Source: Lama guanicoe (Eukaryota). Taken from it: a DNA stretch of 64,000 nt. Within the stretch, counting starts at the first letter, position 1, and the number at the start of each line of letters is the position of its first letter. The stretch lies in assembly GCA_013239625.1 (NCBI GenBank), contig MU054187.1, positions 17,352,711 through 17,416,710 of the forward strand, given 5' to 3'. Positions 51,891 through 64,000 of the stretch are shown here, in pieces. Position numbers and translations under genes: made by a program. The notes under the pieces are model-generated. The model made no database searches. It was given only the letters and a program-made list of their open reading frames with translations, and had not been told where the DNA came from.

Positions 51891-54829
51891 TGATTACTTT
51901 GGACATGAGATCAAAGGGGCAGACTCATTGTCATGATGTTTTGGATGTGCCCATGACTGTCATGTGCTGACCGCATATTGTTGGTTATTTCTCTCGTGCA
52001 ACTTAATATGACAATAAGTAACAGAAATACCTTCATGTCTACCACCCCCCAAAAAAGGTATTGGTAGAGCCATAAGGGATCATCTCTGAAAGCACGATGG
52101 ACAGCTGCATGGTGTGAGACAAAAGGACAGCCTTGCCAAGTCTTGGTACCTCTTTTTGCCACTTCTCCACATTTAGACATCATTTGCAATATATTCTCTC
52201 TCTGAAACCGCAGCTCCTTGAATTTCAGTCTCAAACACAGGAAGATGTATGGGGTGATTAGTGGCTCTGAGTAAGAGGAAAAAATTGAAACAAAAAAATT
52301 GACAAGTTTTGATTATTCAGTGTAATCAGAATAGTGATCCCCAAACGAAGACAAGTGTTTAAAACTATGTTCACTCCATCAGTCTGAATGTAAGTATGTC
52401 TCCCATTACCAGTTCTCACTTTTGTCCTCTGATCTACCTTTGCTTTTAATGTTTTTCTGGTCTAACTATTTTTAACTACATGGGAGTGGAACTGTAGTTT
52501 CCTCCTAAGAATTCTGATGACTCATTAGCTGGGATGATTTCATACGCTGCGTTAATGTGTTTGCTATTACAAACTATAAGATGAAAGCATGTTTTCTTTT
52601 TTTATTTAAAAGTTCTTTCTAAATATATGCACAGCTTCATAGGCAGCACCTGCAAGGATTAGAATGGCTACACTTCGTATTTCATATATTTCCTTTTTTG
52701 GTGTACCTGTTCTTTGTCTCATTTCGTTCTATGCCATTTATTTTTAATTAAGTATAATCATCTCTCACCAGGATGCCTTTTTTCAGTCTAGATTGCTGTC
52801 TCTAAATTCTTCAAATGTTCAAAACCTGCTGAACATTTACTAGTTCAGTGGGATCCATTTTTTGGTATGTCTCTAAAACAATGCACGTTTTATGCACCAG
52901 ATCAAAATATGCATACCACCGTCCCTGTACTGCCAAAGCTGTTTCTGATTACTGATCAAAATTCCCCTGTTCTTCATTAAAGGCTGAGATTCTTTTAAAA
53001 TGCTTATTTACGGCTGCCTGGTCCGCAGGGGCAGACTATGGATTTAATCGCCTACAGCACCAAATCTCTTTTAACATTTGGCCAACTGAGCGTTAGGTAC
53101 CTCGTTGGCCGGGGGGTGCACCACGTTCCTCCTCACTGTTTGGCTAAGGTAGCCACAATATGCTTCATTTACTTCCAAGAATTATTAATGTTAATGAGCA
53201 TTACATCCACACATCAAGAAAAGAGACAAAATAGAGTCCCTGCTTCTCAGACTTCATTAAGCTCAGTATTGCTTTATTCAAGGGGCAAGCCTCTAATTTT
53301 AGAATGTTCTGTAAAGACAGATGAAAACAAATACACTGTAATTAATAAAAAGTATTGCTTCCCTCTTTAATCGGTAGCACGTATTCAGATACAGCTGTGA
53401 GTTTACAAAGATACTTCCTGGGGGTAGAAAAAAGAGATAATTAAGTGTACTATAACAGAAAGTAATTCATTAAATTACAATGAATTTTATTTTCTCTTGA
53501 TATAAGTAAAACAGGCAGGTGTCCACGTTAATTTTGTATCTTCTGTGACTGCAATACACCACACAAGGTTTTCATTTAAATTTGATTTTTGTTACATGAT
53601 TTATATTATATTACTTACTGTAAGTGTTTAAATGCCTTAAGCTCAGCATCTACAATATAAAATTAAAAAGAAGTCTTTCCTCTTGGAAATGTCAGAGTTA
53701 TTTTTTTTTCCCTAAACCCAGAGTATGTGTTCAAGGTCTTTACTAAAATGATAACCTTCATATGAGTCATAGGAATTTAAGAACATCTCTGGATTAGTCT
53801 GGCTTCAGTGAGGTTAAACGCAGCAACAGTGCACCTACGAAGAGATACGATAAGCAGTTATAATGGGTATCACTCAACACAGCACCAAATATAAATCAAA
53901 ATGAACAAATGCCCTCCCCCACAAACCCTCTCGAGTTAAGTTCTTCGAATTTAATTATTATAGCAAATGGTAATATAACAAGAGTGTCTACTGTCAGGGA
54001 AAAAAAATGTTTAAAACAGATGTGAACCATACAAAGCATATGTAAAACACATGTGAACCACTGCAAGGTCACGGGACCCGCTGACAGAACACATGTGGAG
54101 TACGTGAACCACATGTGGACACATGTTGCAAAATCACGGGTTTCTGTTCAATGCCAAGACTCGTATCATATTCTAAAGAAATCAGGGGCTGTTAAATAAA
54201 CTTTGTACTTCTTAAGGTAAATGGATACCTTTTTGTTTAAAATCCCTTAGTGTAGGCAGACAAGGGTCCTCAAATCTAATACTGGGCTTGAAAGTACTCA
54301 AATCCTTGTTTCACTCCTGTTTTCCTATCCCAGGGTGATTCAGTTGATTATTCTCAGGGAGTAAAGATTTCTTCCTTGCCCACAGCTAATTCTTTGAGGA
54401 TGCCCTAGCTTATAATGAAACCTAAGCAAACAGACCCTAAGTGTGTGAATTAGGAGCAACGGGTGCTTTTTTATGTCCTAAAACACTCAGACTGGAAAGA
54501 CATAGATGCTTTACGTATCTGGAATAAAACTTAAATTTTCCATACTTACAAACAATCTTCAGCATAACAATCCAAGGGGAACATTTACTTTATCTTATAA
54601 TGGGGGGAATAAAATATTAACTATATAATTTAAAGTCAATATTAAAAGGCAGATATATATATGGAAATAAGCACAAATATGTTATGTCTTTCATCCTGAT
54701 TTTCTAGAGCTTGAAAATAATCACAGTGCCTTACGCATTGGCATTAATTTAATTAGAATCGGAATGTATTATTTCACTTGGTTCTTCCCCACAGCCCTTA
54801 AGAAAAGTAGTGGAACTAGAATTCAGTAA

Positions 54830-55075
54830 GGCAACTACATGGTATTATAGAAAGAACCTAGGATGTGAGAACAAATGACAGAAGTAAAAGTTCGTCGCCC
54901 TGAGCTACTAAACCGTGTCTTCCAACAAGTGATGCACTTTTTCTGAGTCTCAGTTTTTGCATAAAAAAGTGTGAATTATGCAAATGCTTATTTAATACAC
55001 TTATTGTCAATTACACAAACTGTTACCTGCAAAATCATGCTCTAAACAGAAACACATTATCTGTATAGATGTTAG
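54830..55075 (+). mobile_element. MIR SINE
   Basis: 'catggtattatagaaagaac...caagtgatgcactttttctgagtctcagtttttgcat'. Confidence 0.65.
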
Positions 55076-55084
55076 CTGTTTCCA

Positions 55085-55200
55085 CTCACAATTTACACAT
55101 GAGAAACGCTGTATTCAGAAAAGTAAGCCAATTGTCAGCTGACTAGTAATTAGTAGGGATGAAATGAGAAAATAGACAGTTTTGCTTAAGATTCCCCCAT
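55085..55200 (-). mobile_element. MIR fragment, tail-to-tail with the previous MIR
   Basis: 'caatttacacatgagaaacgctgtattcagaaaagtaag' is the antisense MIR core. Confidence 0.5.
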
Positions 55201-55641
55201 TCTCTTCCAAAAAGCAAAGCTGAGCAGAATGTGGCTCTCATTAACAGGACATTTATTCTGACTCTAACTCAATAGACATGCATTGATATCACAGATAATC
55301 ATTATTATAATAATGTCACATTCATATTTATAGCATTTTCATTTTCAATGTAAAGCATGATTCAGTGAGCATTCATCTCTTCCACTTCAGGAACATGACC
55401 TCCTTTCTAAAGATTAGTAAATTAAGATTCTAAGAACACAATAAATAGGCTGCTTGAATTAGCATACCTATTAAGCAACAACACTGAGAACCTAATTCGA
55501 CAGATGAAATTCAAAGTCTAGTAATGATTGTCCACTAAGCTAAAATATTTAAATATGTTATTGGCAGGCTCTTGATTTTATGTATCTGTATAATTATACC
55601 CAAAATAATGTGCTAATGATGCTGTTGAAAATTAGGGTATG

Positions 55642-57367
55642 CATGCTCTTGGATTAGAAGAATTAATATTGTTAAAATGGCCATGCTACCCAAAACAATT
55701 TACAGATTTAATAAGAACCCTATCAAATTAGCTAGGACATTTTCCACAGAACCAGCCCAAATAATCCTAGCATTTATATGGAACCATAAAAGACCAAGAA
55801 TTAACAAAACAATCCTAAGGAAAAAGAACAAAGCTGAAGGAATAACCCTCCCAGACTTCAGGCAATACTACAGAGCTACAGTAATCAAAACAGTGTGGTG
55901 TTGGTTCAGAAACATACCTGTGAGTCAATGGAACAGAATAGAAAGCCCAGAAAAGCCCCCACACCTAAGGTCAATTTATCTGTGACAAAGGAGGCAAGAA
56001 TATACAGTGGAGAAAAGACAGTCTCTTCAGCAAGTGGCCTTGGGAAAGCTGGATGGTCACATGTAAATCAATGAAGTTAGAACACTCTTCACACCATGCA
56101 CAAAAATAAATTCAAAATGACTTAAAGTCTTAAATGTAAGACAGGACACCATAAAACTCCTAGGAGAGAACACAGGCAAAACATTCTCTGACATGAATGA
56201 ATACCAATGTTTTCTTAGGTCAGTCTCCTTAGGCAGTAGAAATAAAAGCAAAAATAGAAAAATGGGATCTAATCAAATTTATATGCTTTTGCCCAGCAAA
56301 GGAAGCCACAAACAAAATGAAAAGGCAGTCTACAGGACTGAGAGAAAATATTTGCAAACAACGTGACTTACAAAGGCTTAATTTCCAAAATATACAAATA
56401 GCTCATACAACTTAACAACAGAAAAACAAACAACTCAATCAAAAAATGGGCAGAAGATCTAAATAGATATTTCTCCAAAGAAGACATACAGGTAGCCAAT
56501 AGGAACATGAAAAGATGCTCAACATCACTAAGTATTAGAGAAATGCAAATCAAAACTACAATGAGTTACCACCTCACACCCTTTTGATGATCAGAATGGT
56601 CATCATTAAAAAGTCTACAGATAATAAATGCTGGAGAGGGTGTGGAGAAAAGGGAACCCCCCTACACTGTTGGTAGGAATGCAGCCACTATGAAGGACAG
56701 TATGGAAGTTCCTTAAAAAACTAAAAATAGACTTATCATATGATATAACAATCCCAATCCTGGGCACATATCTGGAGAAAACTCTAATTTGAAAAGATTT
56801 ATGCACCCCAATGTTCATAGCAGCACTATTTACAATAACCAAGGCATTGAAGTAACCTAAATGTCCATCAACAGATGAGTGGATAAAGAAGTTGTGATAT
56901 ATATACACAATGAAATACTACTCAGCCATAAAAAGAGAATGAATTACTGTTATTTGCAGCATCATGGATGGACCTAGAGGTGATCATACTAAGTGAAGTA
57001 AGTCAGAAAGAGAAAGATAAATATGATACCACTTACATGTGAAATCTAAAAAATTGTTACAAATGAACTTATTTACAAAACAAAAATAGACTCACAGACA
57101 TAGAAAATGAGCTTATGGTTACCAAAGGGAAAACAGGTTAGGGGAGGGCTAAATTAGGAGTTTAGGATTAGTAAATACAAACTACTGTATATAAAATAGA
57201 TAAACAACTGTATAGCACAGAGAATTATATTCAATGCCCTATAATAAACCATAATGGAAAAGAATATGAAAAATTATATATATATATATATATCTGACTC
57301 ATTATGCTGTACACCAGAAACTAACACAACATTTTAAATCAACTATACTTCAATAAAAAATAAAGTA
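55642..57367 (+). mobile_element. 5'-truncated L1 (~1.7 kb: post-RT ORF2, 3' UTR, A-rich tail)
   Basis: ORF 55677-55985 '[15 protein letters not shown]...[10 protein letters not shown]...[20 protein letters not shown]...QWNRIESPE'; degenerate TSD aaaattagggtatg / aagatgaggatatg. Confidence 0.95.
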
Positions 57368-57649
57368 AAGATGAGGATATGATAGAATAAGATCACAGCA
57401 TTAAGAGGGGAAACTTTATCGCTGAATGAAATGAAAGATTTCCCTTTGTTACTGTTTTGGCAGGAGACTATCCAGCACATTCTAAAAAGACAAACTCCAA
57501 GCTGTTTTCTACACTTGAAACGTACCCATTACCTATTGCTTATTGTTGTTTTTGTAAGTGTTATTGTATTATATCTCAAGATTTAAAAACTATCTTTCTT
57601 GAATACATGTTTTTAGCTTTAATTTCTTTGTTAGTATGACTTTCCCATT

Positions 57650-57935
57650 TAGACCTGGCTCACTGCCATTCATACTTCAAGACAAAATTTTAAATCTCTT
57701 CTGTGAACCCTGCTGGAGCGCCTAGACAGAACTGTTTCCATTTTTCCATTGTACTTGCCACATTATGTTACAATTGATCTATTTGCATGTCTAGCTTTTA
57801 TCTCTACTAGTCTGAAAATTCTTCAAGAGTGGAGTCATTATTTTTATTATCTTTGTATCCACTGTGATTTATAAAAGCTGTTTAAAATGGCAATTATGAG
57901 GAAGTAAAAAAATGAATAAATGAATGAGTGAATGA
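57650..57935 (+). mobile_element. L2 3' fragment
   Basis: 'tactagtctgaaaattcttcaagag...atctttgtatcc' ending in an (aatg)n-type tail. Confidence 0.7.
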
Positions 57936-58969
57936 AATGTTGTTGCTTCTTTTTTGGAATTAGTTGACTTAAAAGGCTTACATGTTCAGTTCAGGTACAA
58001 TGTAGTGGCCAGCCACATACAGCACTAAACTACTTCCATCCTAAAACAAAATAATTCAAATAGCCAGTGGATTTTTGTTCATTCTTATTAAACTGTCTAT
58101 TTATGAAACATCCCTTGAAATAATCGGCTAGAAAAGCAGCCTGCCTCATCTTTTAGACGACTGTAGGTTACACTTTCCATAATCTTCATGAGACACTCCT
58201 CGTGACGCTAGAAAGAGTACTCACATCCGACTAAAATAGAGAATTGTAGAAGATAGCACTACATTAGGTCTGGAATTATTTTTCTGGATTTTGACAGTAG
58301 ATTATGTACATGCTTTTATCATGCCCCGCATTTCCCCGGGAAATACACAAAAGAGTAATATTTTGTCACTCCAATTTGCCACAACCCATTGACATTTCTC
58401 TATTAGAGATGTGGAGCTGAAAATGTGAGTCTCGTCCCTTTTCATCTCATCTTAATGAGCCATGAGGAAGGAGAAGCACTCACCCTTTTGGCTGTACACG
58501 TACCATGTGCGCGCCAGACACAGCGTCCGCCAGCCGTCCAGGGGGAGCGCTGATCTGGCGTGCTTTCACATTTGATCAGCGCGGAGTGATCTTGGCTTCT
58601 TCCAAGGCTGGGTCTCAAACATTAAGACAGAAATACAAGTTTCAACTCACTCTAAACTGACGGTTCTGTTCCTCTTCTCCCACCTGACCCTCTCCTCCTC
58701 TTAATCTATGCCCTTCCACATGACCACAAAAATGATAAATACGTTTTAAAACCCCCTCTCGTGTATAAGGTGAGGTACAAACTACTTACGTGCACAGGCG
58801 TGATTTATTTAATCTAGACCTAACCGATCGCATCGTGTTTACATTTAGCCACTTTTTTTGTTTGTTTCCTCTTACTCGCCTTTATTCCCCAGCCACACGA
58901 AGTTCTCATGGACTTTGAAATGTGATATCTACTTGATTTCCCTGGCTTGCCCAATCTCCACCTCTTCCT

Positions 58970-59175
58970 GCAATAATCCTTACTGATCCTTCAAAAAATC
59001 CACTGAAACATCACAAAATATTTTCCTTTTCATGATTTCAGAGCCCTTTTTACTACTTCTCTGGAGGAAATTGTTGCACTGTAATTAAATTATGTGCCCA
59101 TGCATCCTATTTCAGGTGAGACTGGAGTATTTGTGAAGGTAAGGAATTATATGTGTATTTCATATACCTCTGCAT
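58970..59175 (+). mobile_element. L2 fragment
   Basis: 'atccttactgatccttcaa...aaacatcac...agactggagtatttgtgaaggtaaggaattat'. Confidence 0.5.
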
Positions 59176-59307
59176 TCACCCAATGATTAAAATAGTTAAT
59201 GGTAAGAGCTTGAAAGATTCAAGGAAGCAACAGAGGAGGGAGTAGCTGATCTTACATGACAAGGAGCAATTAATACACACATCTCAAAGTATGCTTTGGA
59301 CTCGAAT

Positions 59308-59430
59308 TTTGGTGGGAGTGGGGCAGGTAATTAAGTTTATTTATTTACTTTAATGGAGGTCCCGGGAATTGAACCCAGGACCCTATGCATGCTAAGCATG
59401 CGCTCTGCCACTTGAGCTGTACCCTCCCCC
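59308..59430 (-). mobile_element. tRNA-Ala-derived SINE (Vic-1-like, long-tail type)
   Basis: 'ggaattgaacccaggaccctatgcatgctaagcatgcgctctgccacttgagctgtaccctccccc'; short TSD gaattt. Confidence 0.92.
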
Positions 59431-60098
59431 AGAATTTGTCATTCTTGATTTTTAAAGATTCTTTTTGAGATAAATCCAATCTCCCCTGAAAATTTTATAG
59501 AGCACTGTATTTATTTGATGGAGATGGGTTTCAACTATCCCAATTACTGCAACAGTTAATGATTCTTAATTTTTGTTTTTATTACAACATGATCAGTTCC
59601 TATTATTAGAGCAACTCATAAAGCTAATGATATTTGTAGTCAACTTTTTGTGTGTGTGTGCATTATTATCAAAGCTGCTTTATCACAGAATTTTGGTTTC
59701 CTTATGCGATCACAAGGGTGGCCCTTAGAAACCCATCTTGGGATGATATCAGCTAAACACAGCATCACCTGTAGTTATAGGACAGATCTAATAAAAGAAT
59801 AAATGCTGAGTGTGTGCCGTATACAAGGCAGCCTGGAAGAGAGTAGCTTTATGAACAGCTGTGAGATCTTAATTAGTAAAGGGAAATCCTGAAGAATATT
59901 TATGAATCAGTAAAGCTTTATTTGTGTTACGGTTTTCTGATGATATGGATGCCAAGAGTACAGTGAATATGAAGGAGTTTCGAATTCTGAGGAATCCCAA
60001 AGGTAGGACTGTCCTCCTAAATACAGAAGAGGTTGCAGTCTTTAGGCTGTGTGTTGTCCCTCAAGAGAACTTTCCACTGTGCCCAAAATAACACGTGC

Positions 60099-60120
60099 CA
60101 CACACACACACACACACACA
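60099..60120. repeat. (CA)n microsatellite
   Basis: Direct reading. Confidence 0.95.
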
Positions 60121-61246
60121 TTCATTTGGACATTCCCTTTATTTCTGAGAGTCACTCTGAAGTTTTAGGTTAAGCCAAATAAGCTAAATGCATCTTTTAA
60201 AATCGCAAAGGTCCAGGGGAGAAGTGATCTTTAGTCTCTACAAGTATCAATGACTTTATGTTCCAAAGACAGTTCTGCTCAGGAGCAAGGGTGAGAAAGG
60301 GCGTAACAGAGACAGGGGAGGGGCAGGTAAGTGGCAACTCCATGAACCTCTGTGTAGACCAAGCACACTTCACCTTTATCCTCAGGCAGAAGGAGCACTC
60401 TCCTCTGTCTAGAATTATAACCCTGAGAATCACAGAAGGATCGGCAGTATCACAGTCAAAAAGTCTTTTCTCCAAATCTTCCCAGCAAGAGGTGGGGGAA
60501 CAATGGTTTTCCCACAAGTGCTTCAGGTGTCACAGAATTAAAGTTTCTTTCAGTGTCTCATCCTTCTTCCTCTGGTGCCTAATGGTCTCTTTTCTTAACT
60601 GAAAACAAACATTATTTGTGGCACTTCCATCACTAACAACATGAGTTATGTTTTAATTATAAACAAATGTCCTATTAATTTTACCCGTGGAAGCCCATAC
60701 CACGTGTCAGTCCAATAACATTTCCATCTTAAGTCAGGCTAGTCTTATTAGCATGTGAGAAAAGTTGTATTTCTCAGATGACATAGAGAACAATTTATTA
60801 TGAATCATCAGAGGATATAGGACAAAGATAATGGGAGAAAAAGTATTTATTTTAGGGATAATATATTCGGTTTTAATTTTTTTGTTCTTATTGGCCTTCT
60901 TGATGGGGCACGTTACTAAAGGACTTCTAATGATGTCTTTTCACTTACTGAGATTATTTACTTATTAACAATTCTATAAAGATAAGTGAACATGGGAACA
61001 TACTGTTTTAAAGCAATCTGTGACCGAGACATTTGCACTTAAATTATTCAATGAGGTAAACTTCCATTTTATCTCTCTCAAAAAAAAAAAAAAAGCATGT
61101 CTTTGGGTATTTGGAAACTGTCCAGAAATTGCCTTGTGTTTGATTTTTTGTATTTTCTTTTAAAACTGTTGATTAAAAAAATGATCGTATGTTTTAGGTT
61201 CATTCGTAAAGAAGTACCAAAACAAATCTGAACTCCCTTTTCACCA

Positions 61247-61285
61247 ACACACACACATACACACAAACACACACACACACACACA
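61247..61285. repeat. Interrupted (CA)n microsatellite
   Basis: Direct reading. Confidence 0.9.
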
Positions 61286-61316
61286 GATAATTGATAGTAT
61301 AAATTTATTGATTTTT

Positions 61317-61389
61317 TTTCTTTTTCATTGAAGTATAGTCAGTTTACAATGCTGTGTCATTTTCTGGTGTGCAGCATCATGTTTCAGTC
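61317..61389 (-). mobile_element. Very short L1 3' terminus with an 18-bp TSD
   Basis: 'ttgaagtatagtcagtttacaatg...tctggtgtgcagcat..tgtttcagtc'; TSD ataaatttattgattttt (61299-61316) / ataaatttagtgattttt (61390-61407). Confidence 0.9.
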
Positions 61390-63293
61390 ATAAATTTAGT
61401 GATTTTTGAAATCTAGTCTGCTGTAAATCAAAGAACATTGCATTGTGCACAGAAAACTACATGTGCACTTAATTGTGCCTCAACTATGTGACTTGTTTTT
61501 CCCCAAAGCCTGCTGCATTGCCCTGTGAGATACAGAAACAAAACATTTAAATCACTCAGACCATATCTGGCTTTGAATCTATGTTGTTGCAAACATTCTT
61601 TCAACACAGGTTCCTAAAACCCAGGAAGCACTAGCTTGTGAGGTCACTGCTTCACGTAGCATCGCTACACTTTAATCAACTCAGCAGTCTTCAAAAGGTT
61701 TTTTGTTCAGTCAAAACTTAAACTTGAGTCACTTGGCTAAGGTTTGTTCTCTTGGAACACCCTGGATAGTTCCTGATGCCTGTGTGAATATCTCCAGCTT
61801 CACAACGTAAGAGGAAGTACATATGCAATGGGAAGAAGGTGTATCTTGCTACCATTTGATGCGACCATGGCTTGTTCAAAAGCCTTCTCTTAAAAGAAGT
61901 TGCAAGAATTATTTTCAGGAAAGTGTATGGAAAATTAGGCACATAATTCTGACTACAATAGTGGGAGTGGTGAGTTTAATTCCACTCACACACCCTTATT
62001 AACTGAAAGCATTATTTCCAAGCTGCAAGACTTCAAAATCCTGGTTCCAGCAGCAATGCCGTCTGCCAGTATCCCATAAAGCTTTATTTCCCCAAGGTTT
62101 TCACAATATGACATATTTGGATCATGTTCAGTTCTTACCTTCCCCTGTGTACATTCATTCCGTGTATTTTTATTGCTCTCTTAATTATCTGCACATAGAT
62201 ATTAATTCCAGAATGTACAAATAGGTTCCATTGTGATTTCCCCATTGCACTTTATATGATAACATCATTGATGAATGCTATTTACAAGTTTCCAGGCAGA
62301 CTTGTGGTTGATCTAAATTTGTGGGACAACAGCATTCAGATATCTGCTTTCAATTTGTGTGCATGTTTTGCCCTGTTATTTTCCCTTTTTTTATGGCTGT
62401 ATTAATTGTTACCAGAAGTCTCTATGAAATGACAGAGCAATCCAACAATGGAATGTAGCAGATTAGAAATTACGGTTTTACTCCATCTGAGAAACGTGTC
62501 AATACAGCCTAATTCTTCTGTGCTGGGGACATTCGGGGAGTGACACACCACTTGATTCTCAGCATGTGGGCACTGGCTGACCGCCGGGACATGAACTGTC
62601 CTAACACTGATGCTTTTATCGACCCATTTGACACTTATGATACTTGCAGAAATGATGAAGCGAAAACTAACCCATCACTAAGAGAAACGGGACATGTGGG
62701 AATTGGTATGTTGCAGCTCACTAAGTCTTGAGGCATTAAGGCTAAGGATTAATCCAAAGAGGCTGTGGCTGGCATCAAAGCCATATACTAGCCTCATGCC
62801 TCGGTGAGTTAAGCAGCAGAATGGGGAGCAAAAGGCCCTTTGGTCTAATCCCAAACATCGACTTACTATCCAGTCAGGTTTATTTCTGTAAATGTCTTTT
62901 GACACAAAGTAACGTCTTCTCTCATTTAAAAAGAAGAGAATTTTTTAAAAAGTATAAATAAAACTACTGATCACTTAAGAAGATGGTTTAAAAGCATATG
63001 AATAAAAACCATAACTTATAAAACATGGATGTCCTCATGGACCTGGGCTGAAAGACCCTGACATCGCGACGGTGGGACCAACACTGCGGCTTTGGATGCA
63101 GCCAGTTAGAGAGGATGGCGAGAGTCTTTAGATCGAGATAAAATGTAATGGGAATGGGCCAATCGAGAAATAATATGACAAGGAAATGCCTCTGAACCCT
63201 TCCTAGTGCTATATAATTGCTGCTGTCCCCTCTGCAACAGTGCAGGTGGATACAGAACTTTCCACTGGTCTAGTGAATGGATGTAATGATCAG

Positions 63294-63316
63294 TCTCTCT
63301 CTCTCTCTCTCTCTCT
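63294..63316. repeat. (CT)n microsatellite
   Basis: Direct reading. Confidence 0.95.
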
Positions 63317-63328
63317 TTTACACTTTAC

Positions 63329-63500
63329 CAATTGTTCAATCCTGGTTGCATTTTAAAAACAGCCAAGAAAGTTTAAAAAATGCTAATGCCTAGAACCATC
63401 CAGAACAATTTAGTCAGAATCTCCAGAAGTGAGGCTGGGGCATGGGTATTTTTAAAAACTCCCTGAGTGACACAGGTGAGCATCCAACTTTGAGAACACG
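63329..63500. mobile_element. MER5-type hAT-Charlie MITE
   Basis: 'tcaatcctggttgcatt...tttaaaaaatgctaatgcct...tcagaatctc...gggcatgggtatttttaaaaactccc...ttgagaac'. Confidence 0.8.
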
Positions 63501-64000
63501 TGGGACATGCTAATCAGTACCTCACTCAGTGTAAACAGCAGCATGAGACATTTGAGTGCGTGTGTGTCTGTGAGCCATGCCCAGAGCAGCTTATGAGCTC
63601 CCTCCCAAATGAAAATGTGTTCCATTGGTGATGTTAAACAGTCACTGCCAACTGCTTGGTAGCGATGCTACGCTTAACTGTTTTGGGGTTTGTTTATTTG
63701 TTTATGCCTTTTTTCCTACTTTTCCCTTTTTCTTTCCCCACCAAGTCAGAGGGAGAATCCCATATACTTTTGAAAAACATCAGCTTGATTGACAATAGTA
63801 CACTTATGTGTGCATTTATTTAAAGGACAATACTTCTCCATTATGCTACTAAGCGACAAAGGTATTCGGCCCAGGACAACCTCCTTTTGTCCTTCATAGA
63901 ACACGACTCTCAATACTCATTTGTAGAGTCAACTTCTATTTTCACTCACTGTTTAAAACAGAAAGTCCTTTCTTTCTTCCCTCTCTCCATTCAGGCTAAG

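Noticed and set aside
54830..55200. Tail-to-tail MIR pair as a hairpin or miRNA source
   Set aside because: The copies are too diverged to pair well, and this arrangement is common.
11602..59430. Seven tRNA-Ala-like sequences as tRNA genes
   Set aside because: They are diverged with broken stems, carry A-rich tails and TSDs, and lack a TTTT terminator directly after the body, so they are SINEs.
1..64000. L1 strand bias as evidence of host-gene orientation; CRISPR-like or prokaryotic systems
   Set aside because: About 8 plus versus 5 minus L1 pieces is uninformative. There is no repeat-spacer array or operon-like ORF organisation; the sequence is mammalian.

Overview
AT-rich mammalian non-coding DNA, either intergenic or deep inside a long intron. 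It is most likely camelid (camel/alpaca/vicuna), inferred from seven tRNA-Ala(AGC)-derived SINEs resembling Vic-1 and from artiodactyl-type L1 ends. I find no convincing host protein-coding exon, RNA gene or CRISPR array. Every ORF in the track with recognisable protein similarity is decayed L1 ORF1/ORF2 or L2 ORF2; the rest look random or low-complexity. The window holds about 13 L1 pieces (several with readable target-site duplications, TSDs), L2 and MIR relics, MLT1/MLT2 LTR fragments, hAT-Charlie MER58/MER5-type relics, microsatellites and one assembly gap. I see no new biological system. The most interesting signals are non-canonical L1 integrations: a 5'-intact, 3'-truncated, tail-less L1 with an apparent TSD; a 5'-truncated L1 whose target site is complementary to the L1 RNA at the truncation point; and two twin-priming inversions. 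There are also several repeat-free, motif-rich segments that may be enhancers or promoters. Repeat family names come from recalled consensus motifs, not from a database search.
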